Assembly (NCBI GenBank): GCA_051453625.1
Contig: JBOZIK010000001.1
Coordinates: 38,093,297 to 38,156,119, forward strand
Length of the DNA: 62,823 bases
Source of the DNA: Welwitschia mirabilis
Lineage: Eukaryota
Direction: 5' to 3'
In this document: positions 12,961 to 25,900 of the stretch, piece after piece
Numbering within the stretch: the stretch's first letter is position 1
How the letters are laid out: the number at the start of each line of letters is the position of its first letter
Notes under the pieces: model-generated
The model's input: only the letters and a program-made list of their open reading frames with translations
Told to the model about the DNA's origin: nothing
The model's database searches: none
Position numbers and translations under genes: made by a program

Positions 12961-14939
12961 CATTGATTATAAGAATTTTTTTAGATCATGATAAAGAAAA
13001 ATAAGTTATAGTCCACTAAAAAGATTTTTTATATTTAAATTATGATTTTCAATTTTTGGCTCATGGAGTGGACAATCCCCCTCAAGGTATGAGTTATCAT
13101 TTAATAGTTGTAATTTCTTATAATCTAAAGGGTCTATTTTTTATTCATTCTTAAAGTTGGATGTATCAATCATTTCTAGATTTTTATTCTCAGGTGGATC
13201 ATCATAAAATATAGATTTATGTAATATTAGATTTTTTTTCTTTAGGGGAATGATTTTGTAGGACTGAAGTTGGTTTGATATTACTTTCAATGTCCATTTC
13301 TTCATCACTTAGGTATTTTTCAGCTACATCAAAAAATTTAATTATAAATGTTTTATTATCAAAATGGTATTTTATCATCCCCATTCTTTTGTTAATGATG
13401 CAGTAGGCTATTACATAGAAGGCTTATCCTAAAAGTAATGGATACCCTTTATTATTTTTGAATTCTATGATAATCACATCTATTGGGTAGTAAATCTCTT
13501 TAATTTGGATCACTAACTCTTTGATGACTCCTAAGGGTTTCTTAAATGAAGTGTCCACTAACTCTAAGACAATCTGGATAAGCTCTATTCTACCCTCCAA
13601 ACCAAGTCTCTTGCAAATATGAAGTGGCATAATATTAGCACTATCTTCAATGTCAATTAAAGCTCTCTTGATCTTTTTATTTCCCTCTAATATAACATTC
13701 ACTATTGCTACCCTTAGATCTTTAAATTTGAAAGATTTTTATAATATTAAATTTGAAAGGGGTTAAGCTAAAAGACCCTACTAGGAATGATTCATTTTTA
13801 TTTTTTTCTTGTTAAGTCATTTCATAGTTTTGAGTATCCTAGATTTTTTTTTTTTTTGGTAAAAGTTTTCAAAAGGGTTTTGTGCTTACATTTTTTATCA
13901 AGTCTTTAACATGTTCATTAAAAGTTAAATTATTATTAAGCCTATCAAGCCAAGGGATAGATGGTTGCTTTTGTGAAGAATTTTTATTTTCGTTTTTATT
14001 AAGATAAGGGAAGTTGTAATATTATAATATTTTAATGTCTTCCTCTTCTTCATCATCATCTTAAATGTTATTTTGAGAGGTTGATGCTTCACATAGAGAA
14101 TGGTTTATTTCGTATTCATTTCTTATCACAATCTTATAGTCTTTTCTCAGTTCATTGGGGTTTGGCAAAGGTTGTATAGCTAATATTCCTTAAGATATTT
14201 GATTTTTCAACATGGTTTATTGAAGGAAATTTACTAAGTTCTTAATGTTGGCATTTTGCTTTTCTAGGCTAGCATGTATGTTTTCTTATGATTTTGTAAG
14301 TTCATCCATAAATTTTATAAGTGGATCATTTGAATGTTGGAAGCTGGATGAACTTGATTATTAGTTTAAGTTTTTAAATCAATTTTTAAAAGATTAAAGA
14401 TTATTTTAAAAATCTATATTTAACCTAGGTTGTGCCTGATTTTGATTTCAGAAGTCTTGAGATGTTTGATTAAGGAAAAAAACTCTTCACATATTCTCTT
14501 TTTATATGTTAGTAATAGAGGTTAATTTTTGATGATCTGATAATTATCCTCACATAAATCATAAGTTGGCATAAAATTTCTTAATTTCAGATTTGGCATC
14601 TAAGAATATTTCAGTATATTGCTTTAATATTGTTTTAAATTCTATTATTAGATTTGTATGATTGTATCTACCTCCTTAACTCCTTTTAAATGTTTGATGA
14701 GTTGGCCTATAGTTTGGTTTTCTTTAGATGATAATCAAGTTTAACTAACCTTCACAAGTTCTTCTACTTTTGTCTAGGCATTTTTTAATGTAAGATTCAT
14801 TATGTTTCCATCACAAGATAATTCTACAAGTTATTTTATGTGATGATTTAGTTCACTATAAAAGTAGTTAATAAGTTTTTCTTATGAAAAAGCATCTACT
14901 GGATTAGAGTGGGTTGCTACAAAGAAACATTTATATATG
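12960..14939 (-). pseudogene. Family-A gag (C-terminal part) and aspartic protease, degraded
   Basis: ORF 13424-13702 (KRALIDIEDSANIMPL...ELVDTSFKKPLGVIKELVIQI..IYYPIDVIII...PLLLG) is homologous to ORFs 31935-32318 and 52977-53183. Upstream gag motifs (LINYFYS.LN, CDG) match 51720-51800. Confidence 0.88.
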
Positions 14940-16287
14940 TGTTGCGATGCCAATTTGTGGGAATTTGATTGTGTATTTTGAATACTTCTATAGGACATTC
15001 ATATAGTTTTTCATGCAATACTAATGACTATGAAGATCTAATAGAATAATTAGTAAAACATGTGATACTTAGCATTTTTTGTGGTTTCTCAGGCTTGTTC
15101 TAATATTGTAGATTTGGAAGGAGGACTTTATAATGAAAAAGACTGACTTACCTTAGAGAAAGATGTAAAGGAAGACTTTCATTTCTACTGTCATCTTCAT
15201 AACACCTAAGACAACCAGACTACTAACATGGATAGAGCCTACATCACTGACACTAGCACATGGAGCACATGGTAACAGGGCATTATTTGCTTACTCATCA
15301 AGGTAACAGCTAGAATGAGAGCATCAATAACATGCATGAATAACACATGGGGAAGATGGTATCACATGGGCATACAACCCAAGTAGTTTAGGTAGTGTCA
15401 TTCCCTCTGTCATATGGACAATAGTTAGGATGACAACTATTTTTACATGTCTGTAATAAATATCATTGTAAATGGGTTCAAACAACCCATGTGGGTTATT
15501 AGGGTTTCTTGTTCCCACATTTAGGATTTTACCTCTAAATACCCTTCCTCTCCTTTATTTTCACTCCATCTTTTGTGCTTGATACTTGTGATGGAGGGTT
15601 CAAGGGTAATAAGTCTATCCTTTACTATAGAAAAGAGTCTCCTTGGTGTTAGGTTGTGTCTCTTCCACTGAGGTGTGGTTGTTCTAATTTGTAAATGAAT
15701 GTTGTTCTAATTACTCTTTGATTAATACAATTTCTTCTTTCATTCCAATATTGTAATGTCCCTTATAGTTTAAGTTAGTCATAGTTGCATGAAAGATTCG
15801 TGATTTATTTAGATCATAAAGGCAACCTTTATTAAGATTGACATTAATTAGTAGTAGTAAATTTGAATTGCATTTCCATTTCATTCCTATTGCATATTGC
15901 ATTTTCTTACTTAGATAAATCTCATAGTTTATGTTAGTTAATAACTACTAGATGCTCTTCTTGATTAATATAAGTTATAGAAAAAGTAGTCTTTGTGATA
16001 AAAAAAACTAGGATTTAAATAGGATCCATTTCCATTTTCATTCACTTGCATTTCATCTCCATTTAGCATTGTATTTACTTGTTTATTTTCTTCTAGTATT
16101 TATAAGATAAAAAGACTAAAAAAAAAATACATTGGTCAATCAATTCTATAACTCTAATCTTAATGCCTTCATTGGATTACAACATTTGGGTGAGCTTCCA
16201 TCTATACTAGCATGTGCATTCTGCAAATTACATGATTTACAAGTTTATCTAAAGAACTTTCAAATTGCATAAATTCACACTGCAACA
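14940..16287 (+). mobile_element. 5' LTR of family-A element inserted into the minus-strand gag
   Basis: TGTTGCGATG...CACTGCAACA inverted termini. Homologous to 22093-22915. Followed by a PBS. Confidence 0.9.
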
Positions 16288-16290
16288 TTT

Positions 16291-16308
16291 TAGTGCCATT
16301 GCTAGGGA
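16291..16308 (+). promoter_or_regulatory. Primer-binding site, tRNA-Asp type
   Basis: TAGTGCCATTGCTAGGGA versus the Athila-type TGGCGCCGTTGCCGGGGA. All 5 differences are C>T or G>A. Confidence 0.85.
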
Positions 16309-16316
16309 AGGCTATA

Positions 16317-16416
16317 NNNNNNNNNNNNNNNNNNNNNNNNNNNNNNNNNNNNNNNNNNNNNNNNNNNNNNNNNNNNNNNNNNNNNNNNNNNNNNNNNNNN
16401 NNNNNNNNNNNNNNNN
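16317..16416. other. Assembly gap (others at 20439-20538, 32763-32862, 55052-55151, 59360-59459, 62154-62579)
   Basis: Runs of N. Five are exactly 100 N, i.e. placeholder gaps. Confidence 0.99.
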
Positions 16417-18660
16417 TTTCTTGATTAAGTACTTGATAGAATCCAAGGTCATGCCTACTATTATTTTTTTGATGGGTATAGTGGCTATAATCAGATTTGT
16501 ATAGTAAGTAAAGATTAAGCTAAAACCACTTTCACCTCTCCCTTTAGAACCTTTGATTTTAAATAAATGCCCTTTGGGCTTTATAATATCCTTAAAACCT
16601 TTTAATGAGTAATGAAGGGGATCTTTTTTGATATAATAGAAGATTTTATTAAAATTTTTATGGATTACTTCTCCATCTTTTGGTAACACTTTTGGAAAAA
16701 CTATTATAAGATTAGGGAAAGTCCCAGATCAATGTATTGAGTTGGCTTATAGTTTAGTTAGAAAAAAAGTTTTCTTCTTGTCCAATATGAAATTGTTTTA
16801 GGTCATCATATTTTAAAAGAAGAGATTAGTATAGACCTTACCAAAGTTTATATCATTAAAAATATTATCCCTCTAGCTAATGTCAAACAACTTAGATCTT
16901 TCCTTAGTCATGCTGGATTTTATTGATGATTCCTTCATGATTATGCCAAAATTTGTAAATCTCTTCACTCTTACTTAAAAAAGATGTTAAATTCAATTGG
17001 AATGATTCATGCCAACTTACATTTGAAACCCTTGAAGAAAACATTTCTTTTAAACCTACTGTTATGGATCCCAATTGGAGTAAAGACTTTGAACTTATGT
17101 GGTTTCAAAGTCATATATTATCTTAATAAAACTTTGTGAAGTACCCAATATAACTATACTATTACTTAGAGAGAAATACTTATCATTATCATTTGCTTAG
17201 ATCATCTTTGACATTATCTTCTTGGTTTTTATATTAATTTTTACATAGATTATGTAGCCATTCACTATTTAATGACTAAAAATGAATCTAATGCTAGAAT
17301 TATTAGGTGGATCCTTTTATACAAGAATTTAATCTTACCATCATTGATAATGCTAGAAAACATAATAGTATTACTAATAATATTTCTTGAGTTTCTTACT
17401 CCCATGATGAAACTCCTATTAATGAATCTTTTCTTAATGAACAACTCTTTGCAATTAAACAACTTTATGTTATCTCATCTTCTCACCCCATTCCTTAGTA
17501 TGCTGACACTGTGAATTACCTTATGGCTATGAAACCTCCTCAGCATTTGAACCATATCCAATGAAAAACTTTTCTCTATAGGATCAGTGACTATCAATGA
17601 AATGAACTCCATCTCTATTGATGTTGTAAAGATTAAATTATACATAAGTGTATACCTAAATGGGAAACCTTAGAAATATTAATACTTTTCCATAGTGAGG
17701 TATGTGAAGGACATGTTACTGGCCAAAAGATCATCATAAAAATTCTTCACTCTAGCTTTTATTAGCTTACTCTTTTCAAAGACTCATTTGACTTTTTTAA
17801 GAAGTGTGATGCATGTCAATGCTATGGTAGCCTAACTAATCCTTATGATATATTCCTAGAACCCATACTTAAATGTAAAACTTTTGATTATTAGGGAATT
17901 GACTTTGTAGGTCTAATTATATCAACTTCCCATGAGAAAAATTATATCCTTGTAGCTATCGATTATGTTACTAAATGGGTTGAAGTTGTTCCTACTACCA
18001 AAAATGATTTCTCAATCATTTGTTTGAACTCATATTTTTCAATGATTTGGTTTTCCATAAATTATCATTAGTGATTAAGAAACTTATTTCATTAATTACT
18101 TTTTTCGAAAACTTTTTTTATCCATTGGTGTTAAACATAGAATTACTTATGCCTATAATACGAAATCTTAGTCTTTTAAAATTAATGATGTTTTTAAGGC
18201 TTATCATACTACTTGGAATAACTCTTTAGGTTTCTCACCCTATGAACTTGTGTACGGTAAAGTGTGTGTTTTAGCAGTTGATGTTTGCTATAATTCTTAT
18301 CGTTTCATACATCAACTAAACCTTGTTAACTTAAATGAAAATCTTAAGATTTACTTAGTTTAACTCAACCACTTGGATGAAAAATTAACTCATGCCTTAC
18401 ATTGTCAACTCATCCATAAGACTCAAGTCAAGTTCGGATATGACAAAAAGATTATTCATAAACAGTTTGAACCTGATCAACTTGTCTTATTGTATAACAC
18501 CTGAGTACACTTTCTACATAAGAAGTTAACTTCTAAATGGTTAGGTCCTTATCTCATTGAAAAAGTACACTCAAATGGTTTAGTTGAAATCTCTGATTTA
18601 AACACTAGAGAAATCCAAAAGGTTAATGGATAAAGGTTAAAACTTTATGAGTTATATCCT
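16417..18660 (+). pseudogene. Athila-like pol (RT-RNase H-integrase), degraded
   Basis: VLDRIQGHAYY/DGYSGYNQI, LRSFLSHAGFY, ARIIRWIL, WGIDFVG-like, AIDYVTKWVE, WLGPYLIEKVHSNGLVEI...KVNG.RLKLY (GPY/F). Confidence 0.92.
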
Positions 18661-20438
18661 AATGAAACCTTAAACATACAGATGAACTTGTTTTCGAATT
18701 CCCTCTTCGATAGGAGGACATTCCCTTTGTCATTATCTAAATTCTTTCTTAACTCTTTCCTTTAGTCAACATCATGTTATTACTTGAATATCTTTAACTT
18801 GACATATGTATTTATTAATAAAGTTTTCATGATGAATAATATTTTTCTTGGGTATTTACAATGATAAAATTGGCTTAATCCAAATTCCAAACATTCATAT
18901 GTCTATGAACTTCATTCAAAAGGAAGATGCCTTGATTCTTTTGTTATCTTTCAATGATGTGAGTAACTAGTTGTTTTTGCAGGATTTTATTTTGTTACTC
19001 ATTTCATTTCTAAACTTTTAAGTGTTTGATCATGTAAAATGATACCCAAAAAAAAAGCAGAAGAAAAAGAAGAAGAACTATCATGCTCTTTCATGTTATA
19101 TCTCTACAAACATGGTAATCATGATGTCCTACCCCAAGTGCACCGAGGCAACTATTCCCAAAAGTGGCCTTTAGTAGTGTGATATGGTAGCTGTGGGAAC
19201 TCTACTAGGGGGTTAGTTGGCCATGCTATGCCGGTCCTTACTCCTCTGATAGTGGTTGCACTCCTCTCATCATGGAAAAATAAATCTCTTTTCTTTATTT
19301 ATTTTTAGTACTTCCACATGATCACTCTACTTTTTAGATTTTAGTATTTGTTTTAACATTTTAGCTTGTAAGTTCTTGTATTTTAAATAGCTTTTTATCT
19401 TATCATTTATTATTTGATAACATTAGCATACTTGATATTATCATAATCATTTCCCATTTAAGTGGAACTTTGTGAATTTTTACATTATGTTATGCATTAT
19501 TAATCAAGTAATTTTATGATTATCGCTAAGGGAATTTATTAAGTTAGCATTTAGGGTAATAAAGCAATTTTCTTCATGTTCCTAGTTGTCTATTTCCATT
19601 TTAATTTTTATTTAGTTATTTTATTGGATTTTCAAAGTCATTTCTTCATACTTTTTTAGCATTATCTCATAAACCTAATCATTTTCTAATTCTTGTTATG
19701 TTTTCTAGAGGATTGTTCTTTTCTAACAGGTTTTATGATCTAATAAGTTCTAGTTTTCCATGCATTTGGGAATAATTGAAGTATTTTTGAGAAATAATTC
19801 TTGACCTTGATGCATTTTCCTATACTATTTCCTTTCCCTTCTCCATCATGCATTTACTTTTTAGTTTGATTTTTCATTTTTTCCCAAGTTGTTATCTTAT
19901 TTCTATTGCTTTTTTACATTTTTTGGTTTTTGATATTTTCTGGCTTCGCCTTCCTCTTTAAACTAGTTATTTTGATGATTATTGTCCACATCTGGCATCT
20001 CCACAATAGAGGTGATGACACTCCCTTTTTACTTATAGGTTTAATCTAGGATGTCTTGCTTATCATGTGGGAGGTAGGACATCTTTTTGGGCATCAATCT
20101 ATTTTTATTAGCATAAAATTTTCAATTTCTAATCATTTATGATCTAATTTTATGTTGGGTTATTTGGATGACTTTTTCATGCTATTCGAATAAATTCTTT
20201 GGAGCATTCATTCACTTCATCATGTAGGATCTAGTAGCACTTTCACATGTCTTTTTATATCTAATTTTTTCTGGTCATCTGAATTATGCTATATTTATCT
20301 TTGTTCCTTGCTTTTTTTATGATACTAAGGAATTTCAAAACATCATATTTCAAAAATAGTACTACTTAAATTGTCATGTTAGTCCATTGTCATTATTCTA
20401 TAATATGCATACATAGATTTATTTTTTATGAGCCATCA
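18661..20438 (+). mobile_element. Family-A long 3' non-coding region (copy left of gap)
   Basis: Follows integrase. ~19480-20438 aligns with ~20810-21850. Contains the conserved motif at 19111-19275. Confidence 0.8.
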
Positions 20439-20538
20439 NNNNNNNNNNNNNNNNNNNNNNNNNNNNNNNNNNNNNNNNNNNNNNNNNNNNNNNNNNNNNN
20501 NNNNNNNNNNNNNNNNNNNNNNNNNNNNNNNNNNNNNN

Positions 20539-22092
20539 TCGTCTAGACGACATATAGATGATAGTCTTCTACTCATCCTTTGTCAGTCTGATATCTGGTT
20601 GTTTGCAGAAATAATTATCTAAAAATACAATTTATCCATTTCTATATGAAATCTTCATGAATTATCTGATAAACTGCATGTTTTCATCTTGTATTCCTGG
20701 ATTCTCAATTATCACAAGAACTAGGCATTTATCTGTTAGTTTATCTGTAAAACAGCTCAAAATACCCTATCAAATATACTTAAGTTGGCATCGCAAAAAA
20801 CTTTATGAATTTTTTACATTATGTCATGGATCATTAATCAAGTAATTTTATGATTATTGCTAAGGTAATTTTTTAAGTTAGCATTTAGGATAATAAAGTA
20901 ATATTCTTTATGTTCCTAGTTATCCATTTTCATTTTTGTTTTTCTTTAGTTATTTTGTTGGATTTTCAAAGTTATTTCTTCATACTTTTTCAGCATCATA
21001 TCATGAACCTAATCATTTTCTAGTTTCTTCTTTTGTTTTCTAGAGGATTGTTGTTTCTTTCTAATAGGTTTTCTTAATCTGATGAGTTCCAGCTTTCCAT
21101 GTGTTTGGATATAATTAAGGTGTCTTTAAGTAGTGCTTCTTCCCCCTTAGTGCATCTTCCTCTATTATTTCCTTTCCCTTCTCCATCATGCATTCACTTT
21201 TTAGGCTGATTCTTTGTTTTTTTCTTAGGTTGTTATCTTTTTTTTGTTAATTTTCTACATTTTCTAGTTTTCTAACATTTTTTGGCTTTACCTTCCTCTA
21301 CAAACTAGTTGTTTTGATGTCTATCATCTACATCTATCATTTCCGTCATAGAGGGAATGACCCTCTATTTTTATTTATGGTGTAATTCAAGATGTCTTAC
21401 TTCTTCTATTATGGAGGTGAGGTGGGATGAAGTGAGGAGGAGGGGTGGGGGGAGAGGGAGGAGAAGGGAGGGGAGGAGGACAGGGAAGGTGAAGAAAGGG
21501 GACGCTAGGACACCTTTCTAGGCATTAATCTATTTTTATCAACACAAATTTTTCAATTTCTGAGCTTTTATGCTAGGCTGTTTGAATGAGTTTTTCATGA
21601 TATTAAAATAAATTCTTTAGAGAATTCATGCACTTTTTCTTGCAGGATCCAGTAGCGCTTTCACATGTTTTTCCATAGACATTTTTTTTGATCATCTAAA
21701 TTATGCTATATTTACTTTTGTTCCTTGCCTTTTGATGATACTAATGAATTTCGAGATATCATATTTTAGAAATAGCATTACTTAAGCTGTTACAATAGTC
21801 CATTATCATTGTTATATAATATGCATACATGAATTTTTTTTATGAGCCATTAAGTTATCTTTTTATGATTCCTCTATATGTATCGCATTCATTCATTCTG
21901 TAGTAACATGCTTAGGGAGGGGGCTTAGGAAAATTTTTCAGCACTTGTATTAATTAGAAGTTGATGATATCATTTTTTTATGAACTTAATTTACATCCTT
22001 TTAAGCACTATTTTTTTAATCTTAAACAAATTGACTTATAATCTAGTTGATCACTTTTTTTTTAGAGACTGACAAGGCTAAGTAGGGGGCTA
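20539..22092 (+). mobile_element. Family-A 3' non-coding region (copy right of gap) ending in PPT at 22071-22092
   Basis: Paralogous to 19480-20438. Ends GACAAGGCTAAGTAGGGGGCTA immediately before TGTTGCG. Confidence 0.85.
21412..21505 (+). repeat. Purine-rich G-run tract (G-quadruplex-capable)
   Basis: GGGGTGGGGGGAGAGGGAGGAGAAGGGAGGGG... It is absent from the paralogous position near 20065-20080. Confidence 0.7.
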
Positions 22093-22915
22093 TGTTGCGA
22101 TGCCTATTTGTTAGTATTTGATGGTGTATTTTGAGTACTTTTTCAAGACATTCATATAGGTTTTGATGAAATACTGATTACTATGAAGATCTGAGAGGAT
22201 AATTAGCAAAACATATGATACTTAGCATTTTTGGCAATTTCTCAAGCTTGTTATGATATTGCAAATTTGGAAGAAGGACTTTATGATGCAAAAGACTAAC
22301 TTACATGGATAAAGAAGTAAAGAAAGACCATCATTTCCACTATCATCCTTATGATGTCCAGGATGACCAAACTGCTAACGTGGATAGAGCCTATGACATC
22401 GAAAGTAGCACGTGAATCACATGATGATAGGGAATCGTTTGCTTAGTCATCCATATGATAGTCAAGACGATGGCATTAGTAACATGCATGAACAACCCAT
22501 AGGGCATCACATGGGCATATAATCCAACCAGTTTAGGTGGTGTCATCCACTCTGTAGCGTGGACGATAGTTGAGATGACAACTATTTTTACATGTCCATA
22601 ATAAATACCATTGTAAATGGGATCAAACAACCCATGTGGGTTGTTAGGATTTCTATTTCACATCTTTAGGGTTTTTCCTTTAAATACTAAAGTGAAAAAC
22701 TATAAATACCCTTGCCCTCCTTTATTTTCACTTCATCTTTTATACCTAATACTTGTGATGGAGGATTAAAGGCCAAGAGGTTCATCCTATGCTATAGAAA
22801 AGAGTCTTCTTAGTGTTAAGTTGTGTCTCTTCTATTGAGATGTTATTATTCTGATTCATAAGTGGATGTTGTTCTGATTGCTCTTTGATTAATACAATTT
22901 ATTCTTTTATTCTAT
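22093..22915 (+). mobile_element. 3' LTR of family-A element, truncated
   Basis: Starts TGTTGCGATGCC after the PPT. Aligns with 14940-~15745, then similarity stops. Confidence 0.88.
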
Positions 22916-22919
22916 TATT

Positions 22920-25900
22920 TGTTTTACTTATGACTTTTTCTTGCTTTTGCATGTATGTGCAATTGGGAACTTAATTTTGTTTTTGTTTATTTCTCATGTA
23001 AATGATAGTGTTGTATACAAGCAAGTGGCATAACTGATTGAATGCAATATTGTCATAACTTGTTGAGTAGGGGAAATACACATTTTCAAATAATTTTTAA
23101 GAAAATTACTATTCCTATTCTCTTCCCTATCCTTTTGGATTAATCCTTTGCTATAGTAAGGAGTAGGTAATGATGCAATAAGAGAGGAGGCATAGGAAAA
23201 CTTGGAGAGGTTGTTGAGAGTGCATATGAAAAAATCCTTTTTCAAAAACAAGTGTTATACTAAATCCTGCTACCATCATTCTAGGGTAAAAAATTCCAAG
23301 ATGGTTGTCTTGGCATCAATCTATTTGAGGCTCAAACATGAAGAATGAATAACTTAGCTTTATTTTTCCTATATAAAGATCATGGATATAACTGGGCATT
23401 TATCTACCATTGTAAAAAATCATACAAAGAGTGAGAATTATTTATTCTTTTATGGTAACTACTACCAAACAAGTTGTCTGGCATTCTCTAGAGTGATCTT
23501 TTCAATGATGTATTCAAAGTTCAAAAATAAGTAGCTATTGAAGGCCCATATAGATCCATCATCTCATAAGTTTCATCACTGTTATAAAAAATCTTCACAC
23601 CTACATGATGTAAGGCCAAATTAATGGGCACAGGCAAAGAAGTGAAGCATGAATCACATGTGATCATTGAACCAGTGGGCTTGTTTTCAAGAGCCATTAT
23701 GCAAGTAGGCTATCCTAAAGGTCTTGATGGTTAAATAGGCTAATTGATTGTCTTACATGTAGCTATTTTTGATGGATTTATTACTTTCCTTAGGATGGTG
23801 GAAGATGAAATTAAATTTCAGCATTAAAGCATGGATTTCATGTGTTTAGGATTAGGCAGTGTGAGGCATGCCTATCTAAATAACTCTAAAGTTATTCCTT
23901 TGAAATCAATAATGATGTGATGATCATGAGTATGCATCTTTAATAATGTGACTATCTATTTACTCTAGATGTAGTGTAGGTCAAATAGGTTTTACCTTGT
24001 ACCACTAGGGAACAAATTAGAAATTTTTTATATAATTAGAAATCTATCTTATTTTTAGTGTTAAGAACTAAACACTTCTACTAGTTTAGTAGATCTATTA
24101 TCAAAAGTTTCTTGTCCAAAATGTTTTACTTAGGAATCCATGGTTTTAGCAAATATCATATATTTTTTTCTTATAAATTATATGCTTCCATCTACACTAA
24201 TTTATTGCTTATTGTATTTCTCTTAATAGCATTGTTATTCGGAATGCTTTTAACATTTTAGATAGGATCATTCATCTAGATGAACAAGTAGTTTTGTGTT
24301 AGAAATAACAAACCTTCTACAGGGGTGTTACTCTAAAATACTAAGTTAATGTTGTGAGGAACAGGTTCAGTAATTTAGAACTTATGAAGGATTTAAAAAA
24401 ATTAATTCATTAAAGATTAACTTTTGTTTCTAATTTTACATATGATGCATTAACCTCTATTTTCTTGTGTTTCATCATAAAGTGGATTGCACTTTGAATG
24501 GATGATTTTTGAAAAATATTTATATACTCATTTGTTGGTCTTTATGAGATGTTTAACAAGTTTGTCATAATTATATTTATAATTTTATAGAATCTTTTTG
24601 GTTTTTAAAATGTACTTGTAAAGAATAATAATAAATATTCAAAGACATCATAAGAATGTTTTTATGCTTTAAAGATCATGTTCACAACACACAATTGTTG
24701 AAGTTGCTTAATAGAACTACCCTAGAATCCTTGAGATACAATTCTTTTAATGATAGCTTAAATTCTTGTATGACATAGATGTGCTATGTGACAATATAAA
24801 TATAGATAGTTATTAACTAACATGATTGTGAAATGCTATTCTATTACTACTAGGCTATGGATTGGCTAATAAGTTCATAAAATCATTTGTGATCCACTTT
24901 ACACATATATTTTAACTGCCTATGTTTCATGTAATTTTCTTTGTGGTTTTATAATAAATATTAGAAATGGCCATATGTAGTTGCATATTTTAATTACCCT
25001 AAAATTTTAGAGTAAATTTTATCTTTTATTTCATACAGAAATCAACAAGAATATGGGGATGGATTTGACTTGTAAATTAGAGACACCATATTTGTTACCC
25101 TGTGCATTTGAGAATGTATATGATTATGTGAATGTGATACCTATGGTTTTCTTGTTTTGTCTACCATGATAATTTCTACATCAAAAAGCATGCTTAAAAT
25201 GAATTGACATAACTTGCAAGATCCTCTAATGATAAAAGATTATTTGGACTTGGATGATACTATAGGCCTTTTGGATCACCACACTCCTTTGCATTATACT
25301 ATTTAAGTAATTGTTTTTTTAATGCTTAAAGAATCATGACAAATTTCTTAAACAATATTTGTATTTGCTAAAATTGTGATTGTGTACTTAATAATGAAGA
25401 TTTTTCTAACTACAAGCATGAAGAGTTCATTTATGGCTAATGTATAGTATGAAGCAGAAGAAAACATTTATTCTATGATAGTTAAGAATATTGTAAGAAA
25501 ACATTTAGATCTTCCAATTTTATGGGAGAATGCACAAAGAAAATTGACAAAATATTTTTGATAAACTTACAAAAATGCTAGATGTATGAAAAGCTAAATT
25601 GTTATCTCAGACAGAACTTTGCAATTAATAGGATTCTCTACCCCATCCCATCCCTTGTATTATATTTTTTTCTCTTAAAGCATCTGTTTCAATTCTGGAG
25701 TTAGTTGAGAAAAAGGAAAAAATGTTTTTATGATCAAATCACTTAAAAAATTACTTCATTATTTTAATTGAAAATCAAGTTACAAGCCATGGAAATATGG
25801 AGGTTAACATTTAAAATAGCTTTAACACATCAATCAGGCTTTTTGGAGTAAGATTTTCTAGCAATTGTGTGTTTCTTCCTGATATAGTTTAAAATTAAGG

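Noticed and set aside
19111..19275. Superficial resemblance of the conserved motif to 5S rRNA (TGCACCG, TACTAGG, GTTGCAC) or an HDV-like ribozyme (GGCC...GGTCC..CTCCTC)
   Set aside because: Only short words match. I could not build a colinear 5S alignment or a full HDV double pseudoknot by eye.
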